NCBI GenBank assembly: GCA_040954595.2
Contig: CM082580.2
Location: forward strand, 1,788,783 to 1,852,782
Direction: 5' to 3'
Length of the DNA stretch: 64,000 bases
Source: Balanoglossus misakiensis
Taxonomy: Eukaryota; Animalia; Hemichordata
This document shows, one piece after another, positions 1-12,331 of this stretch; positions within the stretch are counted from its first letter, which is position 1, and each line of letters opens with the position of its first letter. The notes under the pieces were generated by a model. It ran no database searches and was not told the DNA's origin. It was given only the letters and a program-made list of their open reading frames with translations. Made by a program: the position numbers and the translations under genes.

Positions 1-300
1 TGACCTCAGGTGACCTTTGACCTACTTTACCATATCTTGGCATACACAGCAGGTACAGACTTGGCGTATGGAGGGTTGGGACTCAAATTGAAAAGCCAAA
101 ATTGAGGGTCACCTGTGACACCTGCATATCTCATTAATTATGTGCCTACCTAATTCCAGGCTAACCAATAGGGCTATAGGTTTGGTTTTTGTTGGACATC
201 GACCAGTATAGGATCAAAATGTATTGCCCAAATTTTGCATGTCCTCAGGTGACCTTTGACCTACTTTACCATAGCTTGGCATCCAGAGCAGATATGCTTA
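1..300 (-). repeat. Fragment of the ~180-bp Helentron-internal tandem repeat, inverted relative to the copies at 3.4-21.3 kb
   Basis: TGACCTCAGGTGACCTTTGACCTACTTT is the reverse complement of the AAAGTAGGTCAAAGGTCACCTGAGGTCA core. The end near 300 matches the start of the element at 13901. Confidence 0.85.
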
Positions 301-939
301 TTCATGGTTCCACAGCTCTCAATCACACTGAACCCTCAGCCAATCAGAGCCGAGAAAAGTCATGCTGTTCACACAACCGCCATTTTGTCCCACATATAAT
401 CAACAACGTGGCCCAGCCTACAGTACATGCTCAGTTAGAGATAGACAGACTGGAAGTTTTTTTACAGTTATAGGAACTTAATGGTTTTAAAATATCGTCC
501 AGAATAGTGAAGAGATGCGCCTGGGGGACGTGTAAATCAGATGAAAGGTACCTTGACCCAAAATCGAGTATATTTTTTGTTCCGTTTTCGAAGCCAAAAA
601 CGCAGAGAGAGAGGTGTCTCAGGTGGTGGATATTAACAGTTTGTGGTTAGATTTTAAACTGACACGTCTTCAATATAAATATTTAACAATGATTTTATCA
701 TGCCCACCATTTACATGTATATTTAAAATTTGAGAAAGAAATATAGTTTATTAGTACAAAGGTGAATGATTGAATTTGTAAATAAATAATAATAAAATAA
801 ATTAGTTAAGTAATTTATTAAACACTCTACGTTTTAATGAATTGAAAGTTGAAGAAATCAAGGTAGGTAAATATGAATATACACACATTTAAAAAAATCA
901 TTAGCATAGTACTGTTTTGGCAATTCATTTCAAATAGAT

Positions 940-1480
940 ATAATACTCTGACAACATAGATTGCTGGCAAAGTCCCATCAAGATTTGCAAAGAAACCTAC
1001 GCCTTCATTTAATTTTAATTCCGTGAAGTAGGCATCTGGCGAAATCTTGACCGGAAGGGCAACTCATCAATTGCAGGGTTGTCAAAAAATTGTGCGGTGT
1101 ACATATCAGTTTGCTCTGACAATGACATCAACTCTAACACATCACCAGGAAAGAACAGCTGAAAAAAGTCAACGGGTGCAAAGTCATCAGTGTCAACTCA
1201 TAAACCTTAGCGACGATCGTATACAGACAAACAGTCCGGTGTGTAATTGTCATTTACGTCATACAAAACCCACCGCGTGTCACCATCAACGTTACGACGT
1301 CCGAGAACATGGCAAAAACCCTCCCTCTCTCTCTGTCTCTACTCTGTTTTCTCCGTGTCTGGCTTCTATTTCTGGTTCTATGATGTTGTTTTCCGTAATT
1401 TGGCCTCCGCTATCGCTATGATCGCTGTCACTATTCTGAAAGACTTGTTCAAGAACTTCGTCGGCATCAAACTGTGCCAT
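940..1480 (-). pseudogene. piggyBac (PGBD-type DDD) transposase, N-terminal remnant with stops and frameshift
   Basis: Manual minus-strand translation gives MAQFDADEVLEQVFQNSDSD (acidic N-terminus), then APVDFFQLFFPGDVLELMSLSEQTDMYTAQ and MKA*VSLQILMGL. These match the conserved piggyBac P.DFFxLFF...EQTNxYA...ELKAFxGLxILMG motifs. Confidence 0.8.
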
Positions 1481-1762
1481 TTTTAAAAACCAAGTGAATG
1501 GAAAAATATGATCGGGGCGACCTAAAACCAGCTGTATAAGGAAACCCTTTGATGACAAAATCGACTTGATTGTTTACAATACATATGCGCATGCTCAATT
1601 AGGGTTGACCCCTGTCCTATATATAGCCATACAAAATGAGTAAATAAGCAACGAACATAAAATAGAACAGACCCAGTAACGGACGCGACCTTGGCGCATT
1701 TATGCGCCTCCCGCATTCTGACTGCCGGCGCAGAAAACGCCCTCCCGCAGCGAAAGTGTTAA
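940..1762 (-). mobile_element. Truncated piggyBac element with one terminus
   Basis: The minus strand reads TTAA|CACTTTCGCTGCGGGAGG at 1762-1741, upstream of the transposase remnant. No matching opposite TIR was found. Confidence 0.65.
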
Positions 1763-2827
1763 ACCCCCCTGAAATTTTTCCTTGCCTTTTTTGCAAAATA
1801 CAGAATAATTTTTCAAGACATCGCGTCCAACATCGCGAAACTTATAATAGGCTAATATGAGCATTTGTGAACAGATAAACAGTTAGGCGTAGGTCGCACT
1901 ATACATGTATAGGGCTTAGTCGATATACTCGTGTCAACAATGGCGCGATTCAAGCGCCTGTACCACCTGTTGCAGTCATCTCAACAACAAGCTGACCGAC
2001 TAAATATACTTGGAATCGGACAAGAGTGTGATAAGGTTTATCAGTGGAATCTAACCGACGTGCCATGCTCAATGCAATGCAGGGCCGGGTTAACACAGAT
2101 TTGAGTCTTAGCAAGGCTGGCTTCTCTAGCTTGAGTGGTCGTCGTGTCGAGCGCTCTGCATGGATGATACACATCCTCTTATACCAGCGCAAACTCCACT
2201 GCAGTTGCCACGACCTAGTAGGATGTTCAGTTGCTGTCATGCCCAGTCTACGCTTCAGTGGGCTGCTTTGTTCATTCTAAAAAATAATTCTAAAAATAGA
2301 ATTTCAAGGATTTGTGGGCATTTTTTTCCAACAAACAATGTACATAATTTAAGCGCAGCGCGACGAGAGCTTCCGTTTGAAGTTTTTTTAACCAGTTTGT
2401 ATAATTTAATGTTGGATGGCAGCCTATATATTTTTTGATCATTACTGGAATAGAGGATTTCTTTCATGCTGTTATCAGTAAGAGGAGTTCTCGTTTATTG
2501 GTCCTATATTACGATACACACTAATATTTACATATAAATCTGATGAACTTGATCTCACAGTAAAAAACAACAACACTTCCTGCTCTGAACGATTGATTTA
2601 TCTTTTAAATCACGACAATTTGTGCCTTTAAAGAAAATAATACTAATTTTTTAAACAATCCATAATTAAACAAGGTTGTAAAGTCTGGGTCGTTGGGAAC
2701 ATGGCAGAGGGATAGTCGTCAACTATTTTTATATTGACCTAATTTCAAAAATGTGTGATATTGATAATGAAATGTGTCAACTGATGTGTGGGTGTAGAAT
2801 AGAATTAGTGTGATTGCAGTAACTTAC

Positions 2828-2926
2828 TTTATCCTGCACGTCGACGATGGCATTGGATTGCAGTAGAAGTTTCACCACGCCACCATGGCCTTTTAATGCT
2901 GCATAGTGTAACGGTGCCTCACCATA
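2828..2926 (-). CDS. Internal exon of a host ankyrin-repeat gene (one 33-aa ANK repeat)
   Basis: Exactly 99 nt, phase 0-0, flanked by ttcccacag and gtaagt. Encodes YGEAPLHYAALKGHGGVVKLLLQSNAIVDVQDK, a canonical ankyrin consensus. Confidence 0.9.
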
Positions 2927-3368
2927 CTGTGGGAATACAAAAAATAATGTGTCAATGAGCATCCCTGACTATAACATTCAAATGGAACACACAGTGTTTC
3001 ATTAAACATGCACTGTACTCACATTCTGAAACATTCAATTTTGAGATGGCACAACACTTTTGCCGACACTTTTTTTCTTGTTTTTGGGTGGGGGGATAAA
3101 TTAATAGTAGAATACATCCCAGTCCCCAACGTAATGGAAATGAATGCATGATGTGGTTATAGGGCAGTGTCCTTTGACGGTACATTAACATCACAGGTAT
3201 TCTTTTACTTGAGATTTATGATACACGCGTGTGTTGTTTTCATTTGAAGATGCCCTCTGTACAATACCTCAAACTGACAATTATCTAAATATTATAAAAA
3301 CCTAGACAGCAGTTTCATTACCCCTTAAAAGAGCATTGGAATTAGCCAAACAAATAACGACAATTATG

Positions 3369-5396
3369 AATTAAAGCTGCAAGCAGCATTGAAGTGGCCC
3401 AAGCATAGGGATAATAACCATTAGACTCCATTCAGGGTTGTACCATTCACATGCGTAGGCTGTATTTGCTCTGGATGTGGAGATATGGGGAAGTAGGCAA
3501 CCACCCGAAATGCATGTCCTACAAGTACAAACACCACAACCAAAAGTGAACTTCTACGTTATGTAAGTACTTCAGTAAGTACTTCAAAGGTTAGCTTAGG
3601 GTACCCAAAAATTGGGCCAAAAATTTGGATTCCTATTTGGGTCATATTCAAGACAACGGAAAATCCTCGCCCTTTGGGTTTGTCAAATTAGGTATGGCCA
3701 TAATAATGAGTTACAGATGGCCCCAGGAATTGAGAATTTCATGACGGTCCTACCCTACCCCTCCAAACATCTGGCTATATATGCTGTGTATGCTAACATA
3801 TGGAAAGCAGGTCAATGGACACCTGAGGTCACCCAAAAATTTGACAAAAACATTTCATTCCTGTTTATGTCATGTGCAACAAATCCTACATTTGCAGGCC
3901 TTTTCACTTTGCCTACCATTAGGTATGCACGTAATACATGAATGAAGCAGGTGTCACAGGTATCCCCTGTATTTGGCATTTCATGATAGTTTCATCCCTC
4001 CAAATACCAAGGCTGCACCTGTACAACGTGCTGAGATATGGCACTGTACGACAGAGGCCATCCAAATCACCTTATACATTTGGGCAAAAACCTTACAAAA
4101 ACCTTACATTCGTCCCTGTGGAACAAAAACCACACCTATCGCCCTGTTGGTTAGTGTCCAATTAAATGTACAAAATCAATGACTTAGGCAGGTGCAACAG
4201 GTGACCCCGCCTTTGGTATATCATTATGGTCCCATACGTATATGCCCCCCCCCCTCTCCCCAAGCCAAAGCTGCATGCATCCGCTGTGGATGCTCACTAA
4301 GCAAAAGTAGGTGAAATGTCACATAAGGTCGCCCACAACTTGACAGGAAAATCGGACTTCATATTGATCCATGTGCAACAAATACCACGCTAGCATCCCT
4401 TTCATTGACCCCACAATTACGCATGCACATAATTATTGAGTTACGCAGGAGTCACAGGTGACCCCCGAATCAGGCGTATTATTTTGGCCCCATACAGCTG
4501 CATGTAGCTGTGTGCCGTTCGGCGACCTGATAACCCCCACGGCCATCTGCGGGCCGACCCCAATACTAAATGTCCAGTTGCAACGTCACAACTGAAGTAG
4601 GAACTTTTGAACGGCAACGAAGCCTGATCTCTGTTTATTGCTGGTACCATACACCCTTCGTGCAAGAAAATCACTGGTCTGCTTACGTATTTCGGCCAAT
4701 TTCCCGAACTACTATCCACTACATGTGACTACCATGCTAATGAAACCTCCCACAACATTAGCGACTTAGGGTCAAAGTTCCCTGCCGCAATGCTAACCAG
4801 TGTAGCCGGGTCTGCGTAGACACATTTGAACGGCAACAGCTTACAAACTCAGCGTAATTCAATAAAACACAGCCCTAACACAGCCTGAACTCCGATTATG
4901 TGTTGTCCCAAAATTCATTCCGTGGAAAATAATCACTGGTCTTTTTACGTATTTCAGCCGATTTTCCAAGGACTACTGCAACCCGCCAGAAGTGAGTACC
5001 CTGCTAATGAGCGCTCCACAAAATTACGTAATGACGGTCAAAGTCCGATGCCCCAGTGTTCGTCCTCAGCCCACCAAAAAATGTAAAAAATATTACAAAA
5101 ATCTTCTTCTCAAAATCGACGTGGCCTAGGACCTTGAAATTTGGCACAGGGGATTTTGGCCACATGGTCTGCAAAAATCGCGAAAAGAATGTACATGCCC
5201 CCATTAAAGTGCAAATTAGGTCAATTTGAAAATTTCGCGTGATTATAGCCTCCAAGTCACGTGACTAATTACAAATTCAAAGGGCAGGTGCACAAGTACT
5301 CATGGGCCCCACCTACCGTGCCAAGTTTCATAAGCACAGAGGTAGCGTTTTTTAAGAAAAGTGAGAGCAAAAATAACGACTCAAGAAGAAAGAAGA
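3369..5396. mobile_element. Non-autonomous Helentron copy A (older, diverged; interrupted by B)
   Basis: Terminus AATTAAAGCTGCAAGCAGC..TGGCCCAAGC, then degenerate ~180-bp units, ending in an AAG-rich tract where the next copy starts. Confidence 0.7.
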
Positions 5397-6372
5397 AATA
5401 TAGCTGCAAGCAGCGGTGATGGGCACAAGCTTAAGCCGAAGGTCAAAGGTCATATGTGGTCACCAAAAATTTGGGCAAAACGTTTTAATCCCTATACTAG
5501 TCCAGGTCCAACAGAAACCAGACCTCCAGCCCTATTGGTTCGCCTAGAATTAGATATGCACATAATTAATGAGGTAAAGTATAAGGCTCCCTTAGGAGTT
5601 CCATGCCTCCTAATGCCAAGGCTGTATCTGCGTGGGTTGCCGAGATATGGTAAAGTAGGTCAAAGGTCACCTGATGTCACCCAAAATTGGGCAAGAAATT
5701 TTAACCCCATACTGGTCCATGTTCAACAAAAATCAAACCTCTAGCCCTATTGGCTAGCCTGGAATTAGGTATGCACATAATTAATGAGATAAGCAGGTGT
5801 CACAGGTGACCCCTAATTGTGTCTTTTCAATTTTAGTCACAACCCTCCAAACGCCAAGTCTGTACCTGCTGTGGATGCCAAGATATAAGAAAGTAGGTCT
5901 AAGGTCACCTGAGGTCACCCAAAATTTGGGCAAACATTTTTGATCCCATACTGCTCCATGTCCCACAAGAACAAAACCTCTAGCTGTATTAGTTAGCCTG
6001 GAATTAGGTATGCACATAATTAATGAGTTAAGCAGGTGTTACAGGTGAGCCCAATATTTTGCCTTTTATTGTGGTCCCGTGTTGCTCACGGGCCAATAGA
6101 GAGTCACTGAACAGGACCATTGCACAGACCTGAACATAGCGTAATAGCTTAACTATAGAAAGTATAGGCCCATGGCTGGGTCCAAAAGTATGGAAAACTA
6201 ATAATATTTAAAAGTTTTCTTCTCAAAATTGACTTGGCCCACGGGTTTGATATTTGGCATGTAGGACACTGACCACATTGTCCACAAAGCAGCTGAACAG
6301 AATTTTGATATCTCCATTCATATGCAAATTAGGCCCGTTTGAAAACTTTGCCCATATATGGTCATCAGGTCA

Positions 6373-9300
6373 AGGTCGGACAAACCTAAAAGAAACTGTT
6401 TATGCTCCTGTACAAAATGCATGCCAGATGGAACAAGAACTGTCATTTTTAATCTGGAATGTAAATGGATTGCGTGATAAGATTGACAAGAGTGATTTTC
6501 GTGAATATATTTGCTCCTTTGAATTTATATGTCTCACTGAGACTTGGCTTCAAAAAGGAAGTGATGTTTTCCTAGAAGGTTTTAAGAATGTTCACGTTGC
6601 AGGACAGAGAAAACAGAAGTATGGAAGAGCATCTGGTGGGATCTCAGTATTTTTCCGCGAAAATAACAGTTGTAATCTGGATGTAAAGTTTCTTGCTAAG
6701 AGTCAATCACAAAATATTTGTTGGTCTGTGATTACAAGAAACACTCACCCCATTTTCGTAATTGCTGGAATTTATAGACCCCCTGAGGGTTCAAACTTTG
6801 TTGAAAAGGATTTTTTGGATATCCTAGAAAATGATGTAATCAAATACACCGCTAAATATAATTGTGATATGATTCTTGCAGGGGACTTTAATGGTAGGAC
6901 GGGAAACTTTTCAGGAAAAGCAGATGTAAATGATATTTATCTACCATCAGATGAATATTGTAACGACTCGTATGATTTACCTGAAAGGAGTTCTATGGAC
7001 GAAGGGATAAATAACTATGGTCGGCAACTGCTAAATTTCTGTTCATCTACACGATTGTATATTGTAAATGGTAGACTTGGTCAAGACCATGGGGTTGGAA
7101 TGTATACTTATATTTAAAAAAAAGGCACATGTGTTAATGACTATGTTTTGACAGCGGGAAGTGTTTTCCCAAAATTTAAGCATTTTAAGGTTGGGCAACG
7201 TATAGAATCTGACCATATGCCTTTGGAATTTACTTTAACATGTAAAGGAGCTGGAAATCCACAACTCCTGCAGAATACTATACGTACATGAGTACCCCAA
7301 ACCCGTTTGAGATGGTCTCATGAGCAAAAAGAAATGTTTCACTGCAATTTCCAGACAGAATCAACAGGTCAATTATGTATCACTTTTTATGATAATATTG
7401 CCCAGGGTGAGTTGAATGTAGCTGCTGTTTGTTTAACTGATATTATAAATTCATGTTGTAACTTTATGAAAGTGAAGGTAAATACTTTTAACAACACAAA
7501 TTTAAAAAGAGAGAACCCTTGGTTTGATAAAGAGTGTTTAACACTGAAGAAAGAAGTCTATCGCTCTCTCAACCATTTCAGGCACTGTAGAACCAAAAAC
7601 AGTTTAGAAAATTATATGCATTTGAAATCAGTTTATAGAAAATTAATTAGTGAAAAGAAACAAAATTACAAGAAACAACAGCGGGAGGAACTTGTTTTTC
7701 TTTCCTCTCAGGCAAATTCTAGGTTGTTTTGGCAAAAGGTCCGTAAGAGCCCTACATATATGTCAACAAACATCTCTGAGGAGAGCTGGTTTGATTATTT
7801 CAAATACCTTTTTAACCCGAAAATGGTTGAAACAGAGGATATGAAAGACTTTTATTCTTCTATCCAGAACTATGTAAATGACTTAAACTTTAATGATGTG
7901 AGCAGTTCGGATGTTGACTGTTCAGCCTTAAACCAGGTTATTTCTATGGCCGAAATTAAAAGTAGTATAGCAAAGTTTAAAAAATAATAAAGCCCCTGGG
8001 TATGATGGCATACAAGCAGAATTTTGGAAACATGCACCTGAAGGGATTTTTGATATGCTGTTCACACTTTTCAATGAAGTTTTTGATAAAGGGATCTTCC
8101 CCCATCAGTGGGCAATGGGATTGATTAGCCCTATACACAAGAAGGGAAACAGAGACACCCCCGGAAATTACCGTAGTATTATGCTTCTTAACGTTGTAAG
8201 TAAAATTTATACATTTATTTTAACAGATAGACTTGTACATTGGTTTGATGAGTTCAATGAAATTGTGGAACCTCAGAGTGGATTCAGAAAGAAAAGAAAT
8301 ACTTTGGATAACATTTTTATTTTACGTACACTTATTGAAAAGTATGTTTTCCATTTAAAGAGTCGCCTATATTGTGCCTTTATAGACTACGAAAAAGCAT
8401 TCGACAGGGTTCACCATTATTCACTTTTCTATAAACTAGCCATGACAGGCATGAGGGGTAAACTTTTGTCTTCGTTATACGCTATGTATTCGCATGTTAA
8501 AGCAGCAGTTAAAACTCTGCATGGGGTGACCAATTTTTTTGATATTAATATAGGAGTCCAACAAGGTTCTGTTATTTCCCCCCTTTTGTTTTGCTTCTAC
8601 ATTAATGACATTGAATACGCTCTAACACAAGGTAGAGAAACTGTTGTCTATGCCAACACAGTAAAATTGTTGTATTTACTCTATGCTGATGATCTTGCTT
8701 TATTTAGCAGCACTCCCATTGGTCTACAGCGTTTGCTGAATAGACTGGCAGATTATTGTAAAAAGTGGAGACTCACTGTTAATCTTAACAAAACAAAAAT
8801 TATTGTTTTCCGTAAGGCTGGAAGTTTGAAGAAAAGTGAAAAATGGTTTTTGAATGGGAAAAAGATAGAAGTTGTTTCTAAATATAACTATCTGGGTGTA
8901 ATATTTTCCAGTTCTGGAATCTGGTTTCAAGCTCAAAAATATATTTCAGAACAAGCCAGGAAAGCTCTTTACTTAGTACAAAGTAGCCTTTGTAAAGTAG
9001 ATGGAATACAGCCAGACATTGCTTTCAGAGTTTTCGATTGTAAAATATTGCCAGTCCTTCTTTATGGCAGTGCAATTTGGGGGACCAATGATTTTATAGA
9101 TGTGGAAAAGATTCATCACAGATTTTGTAAGTTTCTTTTGGGTGTACGTATAAATACAACAAACTCAGCGGTTCGGGGAGAACTAGGAAGGTATCCCATT
9201 CGCATACAAATTTATATACAAATATTACGTTTTTGGTTCAAATGTGTTAATCCAACTTCACCAAAAATAGTTACAGATTGTTATAAATACCAATATAATA

Positions 9301-9992
9301 GGGCTGAAAAAGGTTATAAATGCTGGGGGCTGTTTGTGAAAAATTTACTCTGTAATTATGGTTTTGCTGAGATATGGGCTTTCCAAGACTCAGTAAATGG
9401 AGCTTTCTTTTTACCTCTGTTCAAACAAAGATGTCAAGACATTTCAATACAGGAATGGCAAACTGAAATAAGATGTAGCTCAAAACTGAGTACTTACTGT
9501 ATGTTTAAAAATAAGTTTTCATGCGAGAAATATTTAGAATGTATTTCAGACACAGTCTACAGATTTGCGTTGTCTCGTTTTAGATTATCATCACACAATT
9601 TAAATATTGAACAGGGAAGAAAACATGGGGTTCCACGCGAACGAAGACTTTGTCCATTTCAATCTTGTGATTCTGTAGAAGATGAGTTCCATTTTTTATT
9701 GGTATGCCCAGTATATCAGTGTATTAGAGAGAGATTTAACCCAAAATTCTTCTATGACACACCCCATGAGTGGAAATTTACTTTATTACTTCAGTCAAAC
9801 AAACTATACACAGTACAAAATCTTGCCAGATACATCTTTTATGCTTTTAAACAGCGACATAAACTCCTGGATGATGATCCAGAGTAAAACTGTACGAGGA
9901 ACGAACCCTCAAGTGACTGTAAATTTTGATATTCTTTTTTGTTGTGTACAATATGGCTGGTGGCCAATAGTACTGAATAAATGCATTATTAT
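6373..9992 (+). mobile_element. Non-LTR retrotransposon (LINE), RTE-X-like, no ORF1 seen, with 14-bp TSD
   Basis: TSD TGGTCATCAGGTCA at 6359-6372 and 9993-10006. AATAAA at 9976 is followed by a short (ATT)n tail. The uninterrupted site is visible in sister copies at ~13737 and ~15157. Confidence 0.92.
6428..9887 (+). pseudogene. LINE ORF2: AP endonuclease + reverse transcriptase + C-terminal Cys/His motif
   Basis: APE motifs WNVNGL, LTETW, GDFN, SDH; RT motifs QSGFR, FIDYEKAFD, GVQQG..SPLLF, YADD, YLG; C-terminal RLSSHNLNIEQGR..RLC..C..VEDEFHFLLVCP. Broken by in-frame stops (~7115, ~7288) and a +1 frameshift in an A-run at ~7980. Confidence 0.92.
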
Positions 9993-10111
9993 TGGTCATC
10001 AGGTCACACGACTTATTAAACATTCACAAAGGTACTGCACCAGCTCCCATAGGCCTGCACCACTGTGCCAAGTTTGAGATTTGTAGGTTCAGCCGTTTTC
10101 AAGATCCTATT

Positions 10112-12331
10112 CAGTCTGCACGATAGCCCCAACTTCCTGTACCTATGAATGCCGGGTAATATCCGCAACAGAGGCGTTATCCATGCACGTAATTGAAAGT
10201 AAACAAAAGCCAGCGATATTGGCGAATTTAAGTTGCGGTTTTCTCGTAAACTAGAGAATTACTTTACTATTATGAGGATGGGAGGTGTCGACTGCATGTC
10301 TGACGAACGTTGTACAGTAATTTGTTGATAAATATACATTTTTCAAAACATATTTTTTTTTACTCTGAATTAAGGTTGCTAAAATTCCTTAATTTGAAGC
10401 ATACTCGACTTTCAACATTTGTACTTTTTGGTCTAAAGACTGGATTGCCGATTTGTGTGGATTAAACGTACCTCAGTGTGTAAATAAACGAAAATCAGGT
10501 CAACTGGGTTCACTGAGCGCGCTTGCTGTCGGCAGAAATGTAGCCAATTTACGTTAGTCGGTATTGGGCAAAATCCGAATATTTTGTCAATTTTAGGGCA
10601 AAATCTTGGTCTTGACGTCAACTCTGTGCAAAAAAGGCTGCTACTATCGTGTTCGGGAAGTCATGGACTGTCCCGGTAAGCGGGTCCTATGATGCTGCCG
10701 GTTCCGTAGGATTCCTCAGCGCGTGACCAAATAGAGAGTGCATTTTCCGGGGGATTTACAGACCTCTCTTTGATATGTTGTACTTTTTGGTCTAAAAATC
10801 ATATCAGCAATCATGTATGAAAAATATGCCCTTCTGATATTACCTTTCATTCCAAAATAGTCAAATGTGCAGTCAAATGCTAAGATGTGCCCGTAGGATA
10901 ATATAAATATGAGGAAAAATATAGAAAATGCTATTATTTTCGAGTCCATTTTGTTCAAACGTTTGAGCCATTAGGAGAGTGCAAACCCCTACACCGACAC
11001 ATGGTTTACTCCAGGGATCTTTCAGCTTCAAAATGCAACACTCTCGGTTTACCGCCTACCCAGATTTTGTTTTGGAATGCGTGAGTTCGAAGACATCCAT
11101 AATAAACCATTGATTGACACACGCCAGATTTCAGTCATGTGAGCATTTAGCGCCGCATTGTCCAATCCAGTTTTATTTTCTTGAATGCAGCACGTCATTT
11201 GTCACTCCCCATAAAGTTTTGCGTTGGCAGATATGCCCCAATATGGTAAAAAATGGGCGTAAAAGTCAAGTCTGGTGACATGGCGGGAAATTCTCGCGTG
11301 TACAGATCAACTCAATAATAATGTCATGTGATACCATAGAGCTGCGTCTATTGGTGGAAAGTGGCAGGTCATGCATAATGAGCGTCTGTCTACGGTAGAT
11401 CATGTGCTCATTCATGTGAGGCAGACTAATACGGAAGTATCTCCTCGGTGTTCTTAGCTAATTGTACTTTAGTTCGAGTTGAATTTAGAGGTAAACGTAA
11501 GGCAATGCATGTTTGTAATCACAGATCAGTCATAACTCTGCTTGTTTGGGCCATGTTTTTCATCTGAGCCTCCAGAACCGGGTCCACAGCCGCTGTTGCA
11601 TACGATCGATCGACAAGTGCGCGTGGTTACAAAGTAGGCATTTTTGTCTAGGCTAGCGTTTTTTTTTCTCTCCATTTGTTTTTCTTTATTGGAGAGTTAA
11701 TTAGTTTCGATAGATAATTCGCTTGGTGTCATATCTATGGTGTTCCATGTAAACCATTTAGGATAAAAATTACATGTTTTAAAAATTCAGTATGTATGTA
11801 TGCATGCATTGAGTGGTTACTTGAGGAACCTTTTCAATCTGGTTCACAGTCATTTCTTTCATTTCATGGCAAGACCACGCCAAATAGAAGAACAAAAAAT
11901 CAGAAAAAGTTTCAGATGTTCCAAGTATAACAGAAAGTGGGTCAGTGCGAGGACAAGAGTCCTTGAAATTGTCACACTTCGTGCCGCGTACTTCGTGTTT
12001 ACGTGTTGACATGAATTTGGCGGAAGTGTAAACCATTTGTGTGTAGGGTAGGCAAAATTAAGCGCATGGGTTGGTATGCGTACAGAGGTTGTCAGCGTTC
12101 GCAAATCATTGCGAAAATATTTAGTTTGCGTATAAAGTTTACAAAAATATCAATTTATGATAGAAACTGTTCACGCAATGTAAAAAAAATAATTGATCTT
12201 GATGCGTGAAAATTTGTGCCTACCCATGTAAAAAATGCTTTGTCGGACAATGACATGCCAATAACTCGATAACAGCCAATCAAATCACTGGTACCAGACA
12301 CGCCCTAATCGAGGGGTTATCGTGCAGATTG
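10112..12331. mobile_element. Non-autonomous DNA transposon, ~19-bp TIRs, 3-bp TSD (ATT); superfamily uncertain
   Basis: Left end CAGTCTGCACGATAGCCCC; right end GGGGTTATCGTGCAGATTG (reverse complement CAATCTGCACGATAACCCC). ATT lies on both sides and the host Helentron sequence is collinear across the insertion. Confidence 0.85.

Noticed and set aside
1900-2280. GC-richer island with short ORFs on both strands
   Set aside because: No recognisable motif or consistent splice structure; probably a TE fragment that I cannot assign.
6254-6427. N-terminal extension of the 287-aa endonuclease ORF
   Set aside because: It starts in host Helentron repeat upstream of the TSD; the LINE begins at 6373.
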